The translations under genes and the position numbers were made by a program. A DNA stretch of 63,660 nt, the filler included, from Octopus bimaculoides (taxonomy: Eukaryota), in the NCBI RefSeq assembly GCF_001194135.2. It is 6 parts of 4 records of this genome, joined end to end, with 100 filler letters (N's around TTAATTAATTAA, not from the genome) between each part and the next. Parts side by side here need not be neighbours in the genome. Positions count along the whole stretch, not along the records: positions 1 to 21,272 come from NC_068991.1; positions 21,373 to 24,889 come from NC_068991.1; 4 more parts are not named here. One strand, written 5' to 3'. Shown in pieces: positions 10,603 to 22,344 of this stretch. The notes beneath the pieces are model-generated. The model had not been told where the DNA came from. It searched no databases and was given only the letters and a program-made list of their open reading frames with translations. Position 1 is the stretch's first letter; the number at the start of each line of letters is the position of its first letter.

Positions 10603-11514
10603 CATGTATGCATGTATGTAAGTATGTATATGTATAAACACACATGTATGTGTGTATGCATCAGCAGACCTGTAACAGAAAGGCTAGGTTGCATAAAATA
10701 TTTCGTGTAGAAAATGAGTCATTTGTCATCATAAGAAAATAAAATTGTTACATATATACTGATAATAGATTATTTTAGACCCTATTAATTCTGAATCGGT
10801 ACTTGACATTTAAGGTGAAATAACAAGGTTTTTGTTTATTTATTTATTTATTTATTCTTCCTCATTAATTCTTATTGCCAAAGCTATAGAATTCATTTAA
10901 TAAAAATAGGGAGCAATCTTTATAGATCACATTCAGGGAGACAAAATACTATAATAGCAATAATCAGCATAGATTAACATTAATAATAATTTATACTCTT
11001 TTCCACACCATATTATTTTAGTGTTTGAAATAGCCTTCACCCATTCCTCCAATAAAATTCTCTCCAGCGTCGTAGATGTCTGAAAAAGTAAAAAACCCAA
11101 AACAAAAACTATCCATTTGACCAACCATAAGCAGATACAGCATATTTCTTTGCTTAAGCTAATTACAATGAGCCAGGACAATTGTCTTATGAAACGGGGC
11201 AATTTTTAAAATCTATTACATTTTAGGTTTTTGTCAATAGGCAAATATTTCTTTTACTAAATTACTATAACATGAAATACTATAACCAAAATGTTATAAC
11301 TTGCTAAAAATATATTATAACTTGGTTTCTGCATTATAACACGGTTTCTGCATTCAAAGTTATTCAATGATTTTAAATAATAGTTTTGGAACTGGCACAA
11401 AGGAATAACAATGCTTCTCCTTTATTTGAAAGGTTTTTAATAAAGATAAACCCACAAAATTAACTATACTTTAAACAGTAACCATCTCTGGGCTGATTTA
11501 ATATTCCAGTAAAG

Positions 11515-13104
11515 AACTCTAGATGTAAATGGAAACTAATTACTAGAGATCAAGAAGATTAACATTAATGGAGACTTCATTTACTTCAGCAGAGATTTTA
11601 AGTCTAGAATGAATAATAAAATGATAAAACGATGGCAAGAAAAGCCCCTACATGGTAAATACTGGGCTAAACTAAATGCGAAAGAAATAGACAGAGAAAA
11701 ATCCCAGCAATGGCTGAGAAGCTCAGGACTCAAAGCAGAGACTGAAGGATTTTTAATTGCTGCACAAGACCAGAGCCTCCCCACCAGAAATTACCAAAAA
11801 CACATAATGAAAAGAAATATAACAAGTAACTGTAGAACATGTGGAGATGGACAAGAAACAATAAATCATATTATCTCTGGCTGCCCAGTCCTGGCTAAGA
11901 AGGAATATATTCACAGACACGACAGAGCTGGGACCTATATACACTGGAAGCTATGCCAACACTATGGAATNNNNNNNNNNNNNNNNNNNNNNNNNNNNNN
12001 NNNNNNNNNNNNNNNNNNNNNNNNNNNNNNNNNNNNNNNNNNNNNNNNNNNNNNNNNNNNNNNNNNNNNNNNNNNNNNNNNNNNNNNNNNNNNNNNNNNN
12101 NNNNNNNNNNNNNNNNNNNNNNNNNNNNNNNNNNNNNNNNNNNNNNNNNNNNNNNNNNNNNNNNNNNNNNNNNNNNNNNNNNNNNNNNNNNNNNNNNNNN
12201 NNNNNNNNNNNNNNNNNNNNNNNNNNNNNNNNNNNNNNNNNNNNNNNNNNNNNNNNNNNNNNNNNNNNNNNNNNNNNNNNNNNNNNNNNNNNNNNNNNNN
12301 NNNNNNNNNNNNNNNNNNNNNNNNNNNNNNNNNNNNNNNNNNNNNNNNNNNNNNNNNNNNNNNNNNNNNNNNNNNNNNNNNNNNNNNNNNNNNNNNNNNN
12401 NNNNNNNNNNNNNNNNNNNNNNNNNNNNNNNNNNNNNNNNNNNNNNNNNNNNNNNNNNNNNNNNNNNNNNNNNNNNNNNNNNNNNNNNNNNNNNNNNNNN
12501 NNNNNNNNNNNNNNNNNNNNNNNNNNNNNNNNNNNNNNNNNNNNNNNNNNNNNNNNNNNNNNNNNNNNNNNNNNNNNNNNNNNNNNNNNNNNNNNNNNNN
12601 NNNNNNNNNNNNNNNNNNNNNNNNNNNNNNNNNNNNNNNNNNNNNNNNNNNNNNNNNNNNNNNNNNNNNNNNNNNNNNNNNNNNNNNNNNNNNNNNNNNN
12701 NNNNNNNNNNNNNNNNNNNNNNNNNNNNNNNNNNNNNNNNNNNNNNNNNNNNNNNNNNNNNNNNNNNNNNNNNNNNNNNNNNNNNNNNNNNNNNNNNNNN
12801 NNNNNNNNNNTGTGGAATCTAAAAACAGAAACAATTCCTATCATAGTAGGTGCCTTAGGTATAATAAAAAAATATTCAGACAAATACATAACAAAAACAC
12901 CAGGACTTACAAATATATATAACATACAGAAAATTGCACTACTGGGTACTGCACACATTCTACGCAAAACACTTTCAATACAGTAAACATAAGAGCACCA
13001 CAGCAAACCACAGCACATACCCAAGGCGCACAGAGCTGCGCTCGGTAGTGAAGTGAAAGCACGTTATAAAAATAAAACTACTGAATAATAATAATAATAA
13101 TAAA
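11515..13104 (+). mobile_element. Dong/R4-clade (restriction-like endonuclease) non-LTR retrotransposon, 5'-truncated 3' end
   Basis: WQEKPLHG, ETEGFLIAAQDQ, CRTCGDGQETINHIISGC knuckle, RHD motif, C-terminal IVGALG...LGTAHILRKTL, a 3' UTR and a (TAA)n tail. An N gap lies at 11971-12810. Confidence 0.92.
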
Positions 13105-13339
13105 AAATTATTAATCTATTTTTTACTTGTTAATTTTAAAATTAATTTAATATTTTTCTTGTAGTTAATTTTATTCAACTTAGGCTTCGTTTTCAACTCT
13201 CTAAAATTTTACTTTAATTTATGTTGGGTTTTGATTTAATTAAGTTCTTTATTTGTTATAATTTACTTAATTTTAATTTTAATAGGATGTATCATGCAAT
13301 TATTTAAATCTCTTAAAGGTACACTTCGATTGATGAATA

Positions 13340-15480
13340 CATCTTAACGTGCTTCCTTGCCTATGATTTTTCAAATTAAATTTTGATGTAAGAATTTAGT
13401 AAATTTCTTCTACAAATGTTCACAGCGTTTACTTCCTCTACTATACGGCTTGGCTCTACTAATTATCTCCCAGTTAATTGTATATTCTTTACTATTATCT
13501 TTTATTGACCAAATTAATGTACTTAAACTCGTACTATCTTTCTTATTTCTATCCCTAAACGATAGTTCGGGATTAGCTATTCTACGTTTAATAAAGGTCT
13601 CGCTAGCACCTATGATGAAATACACCTGTCCCTCTGAAATAACTTTACACCTGTACAGTTTCTTTAATTTTGACGGGCATAATTTGTTTGTTGCGCAATC
13701 ACAACTCTTTTCCCTAATTCTACTTTCTTTATCTCCTTTTACTACTTGATATTTTATATTCCTAGTTTCGTTCATTTTATGCTCTAATTTATTTACTCAT
13801 GTTTTTTATTTTCAAGATTTTGGGTACCACTTTCCTTTATAGTGTTTGAGTTAGTACTCGCTACATCTCTATCATTAATTTCCCTGTTACTACGCATTTG
13901 GTTACTATCTCTATTTTGATTACTTATTTTCTCATTGCTGCTCTTTCTAGCGTGCATATTTACTCTCTCTAACGCCGTCATAGAGTTTTTATCAGTTACT
14001 TCCCTTGCACTATTTGCTTTATTATATTTATTATTCGAGATGTTACCTCCACCAACCACACCCATTTCGTTACAATTATATATTAAATTTTGGTAATAGT
14101 TAATTTCCTTCTCGTAGAAATTATTTAATGATTTCGCGCTTTGTGTTGTGATTTTACTGTTTGAAAAAGCTATTCTCATTTTATGTGCGTTAAAAATTTG
14201 ATAATACCTGCTATATTTCGGAAAATATTTTTTAACAGCCAAATAGAATAATTTTGGAACGTTACAACTAATTTGTTTACCAAAGAAAATAATATACCAT
14301 TCTGTGTTATCACATAGTTTATCTTTAGAGAGGTTATTATTATTCATACTAGATGTGTTTTTTTTATGTCTCTGGTTTGCATATTTAGGATGCTTTACAT
14401 CATATTCCCTATCTGTTGTAGTATTTTTGATAGGAGGGTTTATATACTTATTATCAGTCCTATTTGAGAGCTTTATACGAAAGTTTTTATTTATAGGTTT
14501 ACTTGTTAGTTTATACGGTTCTATTTTATTAGTGTCATTGCTATTCTCTTTACTGTGTATTATTCAATTTTGTTGTGGCTGTGTGGTAAGTAGCTTGCTT
14601 ACCAGCCACATGGTTCCGGGTTCACTTCCACTGCGTGGCATCTTGGGCAAGTGTCTTCTACTATAGCCTCGGGCCGACCAAAGCCTTGTGAGTGGATTTG
14701 GTAGATGGAAACTAAAAAAAGCCCGTCGTATATATGTATATATATGTATATGTGTGTGTGTGTTTGTGTGCCTGTGTTTGTCCTCCTAGCATTGCTTGAC
14801 AACCGATGCTGGTATGTTTATGTCCCCGTCACTTAGCGGTTCGGCAAAAAGAGATCGATAGAATAAGTACTAGGCTTACAAAGAATAAGTCCCGGGGTCG
14901 ATTTGCTCGACTAAAGGCAGTACTCCTGCATGGCCGCAGTCAAATGACTGAAACAAGTAAAAGAGTAAAAGAGTATCATGACATTATTTTTATCCTTACT
15001 ATTTTAAATTCCATATAATCTTAAACTATTATTACTTATTATTTTAAATTATCTTTCTTATTATCATCATTACCAATATCTATGTATTCTTTTATTAAAA
15101 TCTTAACTTTTCTCTGTATCTTGCCCTTCTCAGTGCTAGGTTGTAAAAGTTTTCATTTTGCTTAAAGATTTCTTCATTGGCAGATAAGTTCGAAATACCT
15201 GCAGACACATTTTCAACTATTTTCTGGGTTATACTTCTAGGATGAGTGCTGTTTCTGTTGATGTATCTTAAGTTTATGCTAGGTTTATCGTAAGGTTTGT
15301 ATGTTCCCTCACTGAGATATAAAGTAATATCGAGGAAGTTAGCGGAATTGTGTTCGTTTTCAATAGATATGGATAACCTATATTCTTAAAAAATTTGAAG
15401 AATCTTTTCTTATACTTATCAATCTGACTATTAGAGGAGTTACCCAGAGTGAAAAATGCATCATCTTTATTTAGACCCCA
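13340..15480 (-). mobile_element. Penelope-like element (RT C-half, linker, GIY-YIG endonuclease), interrupted by a SINE
   Basis: RT GLNKDDA...NFLDITLYLSEGTYKPYDKP...STHP (15100-15480); linker NVPKLFYLAVKKYFPK...IFNAHKMRIAFS; endonuclease CDCATNKLCP...IIGASETFIKRRIAN...TSLSTLIWSIK...INWEII...CEHL (13410-13775). Confidence 0.85.
14574..14985 (+). mobile_element. CORE-type SINE (family B), full length
   Basis: Head tgtggctgtgtggtaag; CORE-like ttgggcaagtgtcttctactatagcc; internal microsatellite; tail gcatggccgcagtcaaatgactgaaacaagtaaaaga. Confidence 0.88.
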
Positions 15481-15489
15481 CTCCCAACT

Positions 15490-15900
15490 CAGGAAATTCC
15501 CTACTTAATCTAAACAGTATATAAATGCCTACTAAGTCTGTAACCACCATAGGACCAAATGGGCAACCAAACGTGCGAATGTATGAGGGAGCAACTGAAG
15601 ACCCTTCAGTACCCGCTATAACAACCACGAGTCCTCTTTCAACATCCCAGAGAGACGTAACGTCACAACCTTGGCCAAGCACGTCTGGTCTTTGAAAGAA
15701 AGTTCCACCGAGCACAGCATAAAGTGGAAGATCCTAGAGAAATGTAAACCGTACTTCAATAGTAGCAGGAGGTGCAGGTTATGCATGACTGAGAAAAGAG
15801 TGATTTTAAAGTGCAACCAACACCCAGGTATTTACCTGAATAGCAGAAGTAAAATTTAGTTGTTGCTTACATGAAAGGAAGTACATCCTATCATACCTGC
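15490..15900 (+). mobile_element. Second Penelope-like element, GIY-YIG endonuclease fragment
   Basis: YEGATED..TRYNNHESSF...TTLAKHVWSLKE...IKWKILEKCKPY...CRLCMTEKRVI...LNSRS; opposite orientation to 13340-15480. Confidence 0.88.
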
Positions 15901-16325
15901 GTTCCCCATCATGACTATAACCACCAGTTCCCCAACGTCGGCCTTCCACCTAATACCCTGGAGTCAGGCAAAGAGTTTGACCAGAACATACACTAACGCA
16001 GCCACAAACATACACGCTCTGACACTTACCCAATAGACGGCAGACACTTACCCAATAGACTGTTTTCCGGCACCCCCAGTATAAGTTCTCATACACATTC
16101 TACTCCTACATTCACCGCATGCAAACTTAAAGGCCCACGAAATTAACCAATACATGAAAGAAAGAAAACATGCTAACGAACACATATGTGTATGCCCACA
16201 CCCGCTGTAGTATACCATTTACTGGAAAAATTATAAAGTCTAAATAATTAAAAAACTAAAATACCTAAATTATGCATAAGTTAAACTAAATTTCTATAAT
16301 TTAATCTATTTTCATTAATTTACAG

Positions 16326-18750
16326 AAAAATTTGGCTAGAACTGCAGGCAACGAAAAAGAAAAACAGAACTTTTTGTGGAAATGATGGACGATCTCTTTG
16401 ACATAGCTCATTCAGATGCTTTGGGACAGATGAAAATTGAAGAGGATAAGAAGCTCTTAATGTTTCAGCGCCAAAAGAGATGACTGGGCTCTATGGTTGG
16501 TGTAGATCAAAAACTAAAACACAAGTAAGAAAGAGCACTGAAGTGCACTTCAATGGAAACTGTCAGGAAAAAAGCTCCTATGAAGAAATAGAACAAAATT
16601 TTGCTATTCATCAGTTTGCTACATCAGAAACTGATGATTCAACATCAAGCAGCCAAAGCAGTGGTGGTGGTGACGACAATGAAAATTCTTGTCATCGTTC
16701 AGCAAGTAACAGCAACAGCAACAACCGCAGCAGCAATAACTGTTCCAGCAACTCGAGTTACATAGTAGTTTTTTTACTCCCCGTCTCTCTGAAGTTTTTG
16801 ATAGTTGCAAAATTACTGACAGGAATGGCGGTTACATATTAATGGCTGCTGCAGAGGGTTTCAGGCGTGATACTGAAAACCTGGTAATAAATCGCACTTC
16901 TTTTCAACGCCTTAGAAAAAAATTTAGAGAAGCGAGACACAGAAACACAGCACAAATTTAACCTAAACGACTGTCAAGAATTAGTGTTGCACTGAAATGG
17001 AAAGCTGCTCCCAGCACTCACAGGCGTTGAAAAGGTTGATATACTGGCAATAATAGTAACTTTTCAAGGCAAGGAGCAATTGCTTGGAGTCCCTGAAACT
17101 CCAACATCTTCAGGAGAACAGCAAGCAATTGGCTGTTTACCAAACAGTGGAGAAATGGGGTATAACTGACAAAATTCAAGTACTTTTCTGTGATACGACA
17201 ACAAGCAACACAGGTCGAGTAAATGGTGCCTGTATAAATCTAGAAAAATTGTTCAATTGCGACCTGTTGTATTTCCTTTGCCATCGTCACATTTTTTAGT
17301 TAGTTTTTAGGAGCTGTTTCGACTCACTGATGGGTGCAACTTCTGGTCGAGACAAAAGATTTGGAGAAACGTAACCTAGACGAAACTCAACAAGAAGGTT
17401 TACATAACTGGTAGCAACGTAGTACCTAATGATGTCTGCTCTACCATTCTTGGATTTCTTAAATACTATATTTCTACGCAGAAATAACAGCGAGATGATT
17501 ACCGAGAATTGATGGCGTTAACGATGATCTTTCTTCACAGCATTCCGAAGAATGGGATATCATTTCGTATGCCAGGAGCTGTAGGTCATGCTAGATGAAT
17601 GTCAAAAGCAACTTATACATTCAAGATTTACCTGTTTCAAGATCAATTTCAGTTATCTCTTGGGGATTCTTTAAGAAGAATATGTATTTTTCTTGCTCGA
17701 GTGTACGTTCGAGCCTGGTTTCTGTCATCAGAAGCAATTAAAGCACCTTATCCTGATTTCCTATTCATGCATCGACTGATAAATTATCAGGATATTGATC
17801 CAGAAATCAGTAAGGTTGCTGTGAAAACATTTTCCAGCCATGTCTTGTACTTAGCTCCCAAAACTGCTCTATCCATATTTGATGACAATGTTCCAACAAA
17901 GGGTAAAGCAAATATTGTTCAACTTATTCTGGAAGCAGACAAAGGTGAAGAAGAGGAAGAAGCAAAAAACCAACTGAAGTGGTACATTCTGCACCAAAAT
18001 TACTTTTCTTCCCTTACAAACATCGACTTTTCGTCTTTTGTAACTCCTGCTACAAAACTTTCTTCACGAGATATTCTATCAGTACCGATTTGCTCGACAC
18101 AACACGGAAGGATTATTCTGGTTACAAAAGTGGACTTGAAAAACATGAGAAGACAGTTGTTGTGAATGATGTTGCAGAAAGAGGTACCAAACGCTTTCAG
18201 GATTGCAATAACATTCTCACAAAAGATGAAACTGAGAAACAATTTGTTTTACGGGTCGTTACCGAAAACCGTAAAACACACCCAACTACCACTAAATCCT
18301 CTCTTATGCAAAAGTAATGTTCAATATCCAGTGTTCAGTGTTCACGTTATGTAATCGATTCTAGAGAAATTATTGTTGTAAATAAAAATGCGTTTCTCTT
18401 ATAGAAGTTGTGTGCTTTACTAAGAAAACCTAATATTTCTTAGGTTTTTCGTGCTATTTCAAATTTGATTCAGAACGTTTTTAAACATTTGTTGGGGTTG
18501 CCTGGATGTGTCCACATAAATTTCTCTAAGAAAAAAGAAAATGGTCGAGATTGGGAACAGTATACTGCTTTTGAACAGAATTAATCGTTGCGTATACTAT
18601 GTTCCAACTTCAAGGCGTTTGGAGGTCGCCTAGCAGTTGTCCGATTGAGCTAAAATTTTGCACACAGCGGTTTTTTTTGTTGATTGAAACAAGATCAGGG
18701 AGAGGAGCAGCAAAATTTTAATTTACGGAAAATAAACTATTGCACAGTCG
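16326..18750 (+). mobile_element. hAT-like (probably hATm-type) DDE DNA transposon, degraded, 5' end missing
   Basis: MDDLFDIAHSDAL..KIEEDK, LVLHxNGKLLP, LLGVPxL, FCDTTTSNTGRVNGAC, LCHRHIF (CxxH), RDDYRELM, PGAVGHARxM and VVNDVAERGTK; stop near 18317. Subfamily label is from memory. Confidence 0.75.
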
Positions 18751-19079
18751 TGGAGATGTGCAATAGGATGGAAAGGCCTTTTATACTGGATATGAGGTAA
18801 GTGTTCAGGCTAAAAAAAGGGCAGTCAATAGAAAATAAAGTTGTAAGGATGATATTAAAAATGTAGAATGAGTGACAAGGGAAGTGGTTCCGAGTATAGG
18901 GATAAGTGGAGCATGAAATATGTGCAGTTCAGGTTTCATATAATTAAAGAGGCTGAGTCAATAGTGTCAGTGCCATGGTTAAAAGAGTGATGGGGAGATA
19001 GATGATAGGAAGAGGAGTTGTGGGGTAAGCTTGATAAGGATAGATTGGGTTGGGGTTGGGGTACAGACATAAATGATAG

Positions 19080-19385
19080 TCCTCTAGGAATTTAAAACCA
19101 GTTCCATGTGAGAATTCCAATATGCTGATGATTTTGTTCGTATAGATGAACCTGCTGTGGGATTAGAGAAGAAAATCCGGGCATGGAAGCACAATCTGCA
19201 ATCAAAGAACCTGAAAGTTAACTTAATAAAGACTAAGGTACTATGAAACGGGAGAACAGATAGGACACAGTTTCCATCAGGGAAATGGCCTCGCTCATTA
19301 TGTCGGAAAGAAGTAGGTAGAAATTCAGTGTGGTCTGTCCAATGCAAACTATGGACCTATAAGAGGAGCAGTGGAATCATAGAAG
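19080..19385 (+). mobile_element. RTE-clade LINE RT fragment
   Basis: EFQYADDFVRI...WKHNLQSKNLKVNLIKTKVL, followed by the GKWP..C..C region shared with 22345-23885. Confidence 0.8.
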
Positions 19386-20037
19386 TCGTATAAATAAAAG
19401 GCATTACTACAAATGTATACGCCTTCGACTTTTTTTTACTTATGACATCCTGAAAAATGGATACTTTTTAACAAAATTTTCTGAAAATACCGCTTAGATG
19501 TTGTGGCTTCAGAGTATATAGGAATCTATGAGAGAGAATTTTTTTGGATGGGGTGGAGAGAGGAGTTTTGGAAAATTCACACGAACTGACTTTTTTCCCC
19601 TCATAACGGGTATCTTTTAATGAAATGTTATAGAAATCCCTTTCAAATGGCATACATTAGGATTATAAAGAAATTTGTGGGGAAAACTTTTTCAGGGCTT
19701 TTCTTAATTTTTTTTTAAACCACAGTCTTCGAAATGATGGGGGTGGGGAGGCATCTCTGTATGAAAAAGTTTTGTAAACTCTTTTTCTTATGTACTCCTA
19801 ACCTAATCATCCCACTTCAGACCTACCTCCGCCAGTTTTTTTGTTTTGTTTTTTTGCACTTCAAAACCATGGGAAGAGCATTTTTCTTTAAATTGTTAAT
19901 ATTTTCAGGGAAAGAAAGTGAGTGATTTAAGGGCGATTTGGCTGTTGTTTCTAGCATATTCAAAGACAACCTTCCTCGTTGTTTCTTTATCACTCTCGCA
20001 TGTATTGTTTTTCAATATTTTTCCCCATAATACATTT

Positions 20038-20420
20038 GTGTGTTGGCACTCCGTCGCTTACGACGTCGAGGGTTCAAGTTGATCCAATCAACGGAACAGC
20101 CTGCTCGTGAAATTAACGTACAAGTGGCTGAGAACTCCACAGACACGTGTACCCTTAACGTAGTTCTCGGGGATATTCAGCGTGACACAGTGTGACAAGG
20201 CTGACCCTTTGAAATACAGGTACAACAGAAACAGGAAGAAAGAGTGAGAGAAAGTTGTGGTGGAAGAGTACAGCAGGGTTCGCCACCATCCCCTGCCGGA
20301 GCCTCGTGGAGCTTTAGGTGTTTTCGCTCAATAAACACTCAAAACGCCCGGTCTGGGAATCGAAACCGCGATCCTATGACCGCGACTCCGCTGCCCTAAC
20401 CACTGGGCCATTGCGCCTCC
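20038..20420 (-). mobile_element. Full-length tRNA-derived SINE (family C) with target-site duplication
   Basis: tRNA-like head ggaggcgcaatggcccagtggttagggc...ggtttcgattccc; TSD ccataatacattt at 20025-20037 and 20419-20431. Confidence 0.9.
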
Positions 20421-20707
20421 ATAATACATTTATATGCTATAAAAAAAAAGAAAATTTGAGAAATTATTAATTTTTTTTTTTTTTTTGCAACACCGCTCCT
20501 TGCCCTCGATTGTTTCTGTTTAGAAATGAAAATATTGGAGAGCCTGTGAAGGTCATTATTAGGATTTATCCACAGTGATTTTTAAAAATTACGGATATGT
20601 AATTGTATAGCAAGTGACTTGATCTGAGATCGTGTGCTGGAACAAAAGCAATTGCAGCGTAGACGTTTGTAAGACATTCAAGGACACACAGAAACCGTTA
20701 ATTTCAT

Positions 20708-20906
20708 GGCACTACTTAAATACAGCGGTCCCGATGCATCTACGTAACGATATGAATGGGAGGGTTAGTTTTAGGGTTAAGGTTAGGAAGTCATTACACG
20801 TCCACACAGCGTACATTTTAAATGCTTTGTACGTAATACCTGTATTTAAGTAATACCTCTGTATTTAAGTAGTATCGTTAAAAGACCCCTGTATATAAGT
20901 AGTACC
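20708..20906. mobile_element. MITE-like element with 18-bp TIR and internal TTAGGG-like repeats
   Basis: ggcactacttaaatacag (20708-20725) vs ctgtatataagtagtacc (20889-20906); agggttagttttagggttaaggttagg inside. Confidence 0.6.
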
Positions 20907-21066
20907 AGTTTCGCCTCAACATTAAAATTTCATTTGTGTCAAAATATTTTCTTCGCTTTGAAATCGCGACCTGCTCACTGACAAAACTTCGCAAAAGTAA
21001 TGCAGCACGAATTTTTGTCAGTGAACAGCAAAACGCACACGCACGCACGCACGCGCACACACACAC

Positions 21067-21272
21067 AGGCGAGCTGGCAGAAACGTTAGCACGCCGGGCG
21101 AAATGCTAAGCGGTATTTCGTCTGCCGTTACGTTCTGAGTTCAAATTCCGCCGAGGTCGACTTTGCCTTTCATCCTTTCGGGGTCGATAAATTAAGTACC
21201 AGTTACGCACTGGGGTCGATGTAATCGACTTAATCCGTTCGTCTGTTTTTGTTTGTTCCCTCTATGTTTAGC
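21067..21272 (+). mobile_element. Family A tRNA-derived SINE
   Basis: ggcgagctggcagaaacgttagcacgccgggcg...gagttcaaattccgccgaggtcgactttgcctttcatcctttcggggtcgataaattaagtaccag. Confidence 0.92.
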
Positions 21273-21372
21273 NNNNNNNNNNNNNNNNNNNNNNNNNNNN
21301 NNNNNNNNNNNNNNNNTTAATTAATTAANNNNNNNNNNNNNNNNNNNNNNNNNNNNNNNNNNNNNNNNNNNN
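21273..21372. other. Artificial 100-bp scaffold spacer N44-TTAATTAATTAA-N44 (also 24890-24989, 43561-43660, 58336-58435, 60811-60910)
   Basis: The same 100-bp layout occurs five times; the 12-mer is a palindrome with stops in all six frames. Confidence 0.93.
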
Positions 21373-21626
21373 ATATATGGATATATATATATATATATAT
21401 ATATGGATATATATATATGTATATATATATGTGTGTGTATATATATGTATATATATATATATGTGTGTATATATATATATGGATATATATATATGGATAT
21501 ATATATGTGTGTGTATATATATGTATATATGTATATATATATATATATGTGTGTGTATATATATATATATATGTGTATATATATATATATGTGTGTGTAT
21601 ATATATATATGTATATATATATATAT
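21373..21626. repeat. Compound (TA)/(TG) microsatellite
   Basis: Direct reading; source of spurious YI/CV-rich ORFs. Confidence 0.95.
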
Positions 21627-22040
21627 CATCATCATCATCATCATTTAACATCCGTCTTCCATGCAGGCATGGTTTGGATGGTTTGACAGAGATGGCCAGG
21701 TAGAAGTCTACTTCAGGCTACTGTGTCTATTCTGGCATGGATTTTTTGGCTGGATGTCCTTCCAACCACCCTGTACAGTGGACTGAGTACTTTTTACATG
21801 CCACCAGCACTGGCAGGGTCACCAAGTAACTTGAAAGATAAGGAATTTTGAGAAGAGAGGGGACATTAGAGGAAGTGACCTTGTGTCAGATGTTGAAAGA
21901 TTAGTGTGTGACAGAGAGGCAGAAACAGGTGTCTTGCTATAGAGAAGGTACATGGTTACCTGGCCAAGAGAGAGGGAGAGAGTGGTAACAAGAAAGAGGA
22001 CAGAAACAGGTGTGCTCCTGTAGAGGAGATACACATACAC
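21627..22040 (-). mobile_element. RTE-type 3' tail element with (GAT)n end and purine-rich extension
   Basis: (CAT)n-ttaacatcc...ggatgtccttcc...ggtcaccaagtaacttg. Related copies at 52530-53000 (-), 49780-50052 (+), 48560-48800 (-) and 57305-57395 (+). Confidence 0.7.
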
Positions 22041-22344
22041 ACCTATATAATTACTAATGGCAGTACCTAGTCTTGCTGAAAATTATTTGTAAGTTAAATA
22101 ATCATTAATTCAGAATATCTTAGATAAATTTCTTTCAAGGAAATGCTGACAACCTTTATTTGGTCTGGAAATGTTAATTTCCTAAGAATTGTTGCATTCA
22201 ACTAATGTAGAATATGGTTCGAGTTCATCAACATCCAAAATTTATATAGGGTCCAAAGACTACTTAACCTCAGAACTTCTCAAAATGTTGTGCTTTTATC
22301 TAAGACTTAAACTTCCTACATGCAAGACTGTTCACATATGTACA

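Noticed and set aside
11951-13024. Long ORFs of 270-437 aa here and at 28124-29200, 31069-32356 and 58973-59920
   Set aside because: They are open only because they cross N gaps and microsatellites.
18780-19080. Purine-rich stretches here and at 47100-47340
   Set aside because: Probably old LINE debris; no motif could be confirmed.
19440-19920. T/G-run-rich segment resembling a non-autonomous DNA transposon
   Set aside because: No TIR or TSD could be defined.
20340-20420. tRNA-like sequence
   Set aside because: It is the head of a SINE bounded by TSDs, not a tRNA gene; the same applies to family A and B heads.
21273-21372. Palindromic TTAATTAATTAA islands repeated five times inside N runs
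   Set aside because: The identical 44+12+44 layout is an assembly spacer with six-frame stops, not biology.
21321-21703. YI/CV/HT-rich ORFs here and elsewhere
   Set aside because: Translations of TA/TG/CA microsatellites.
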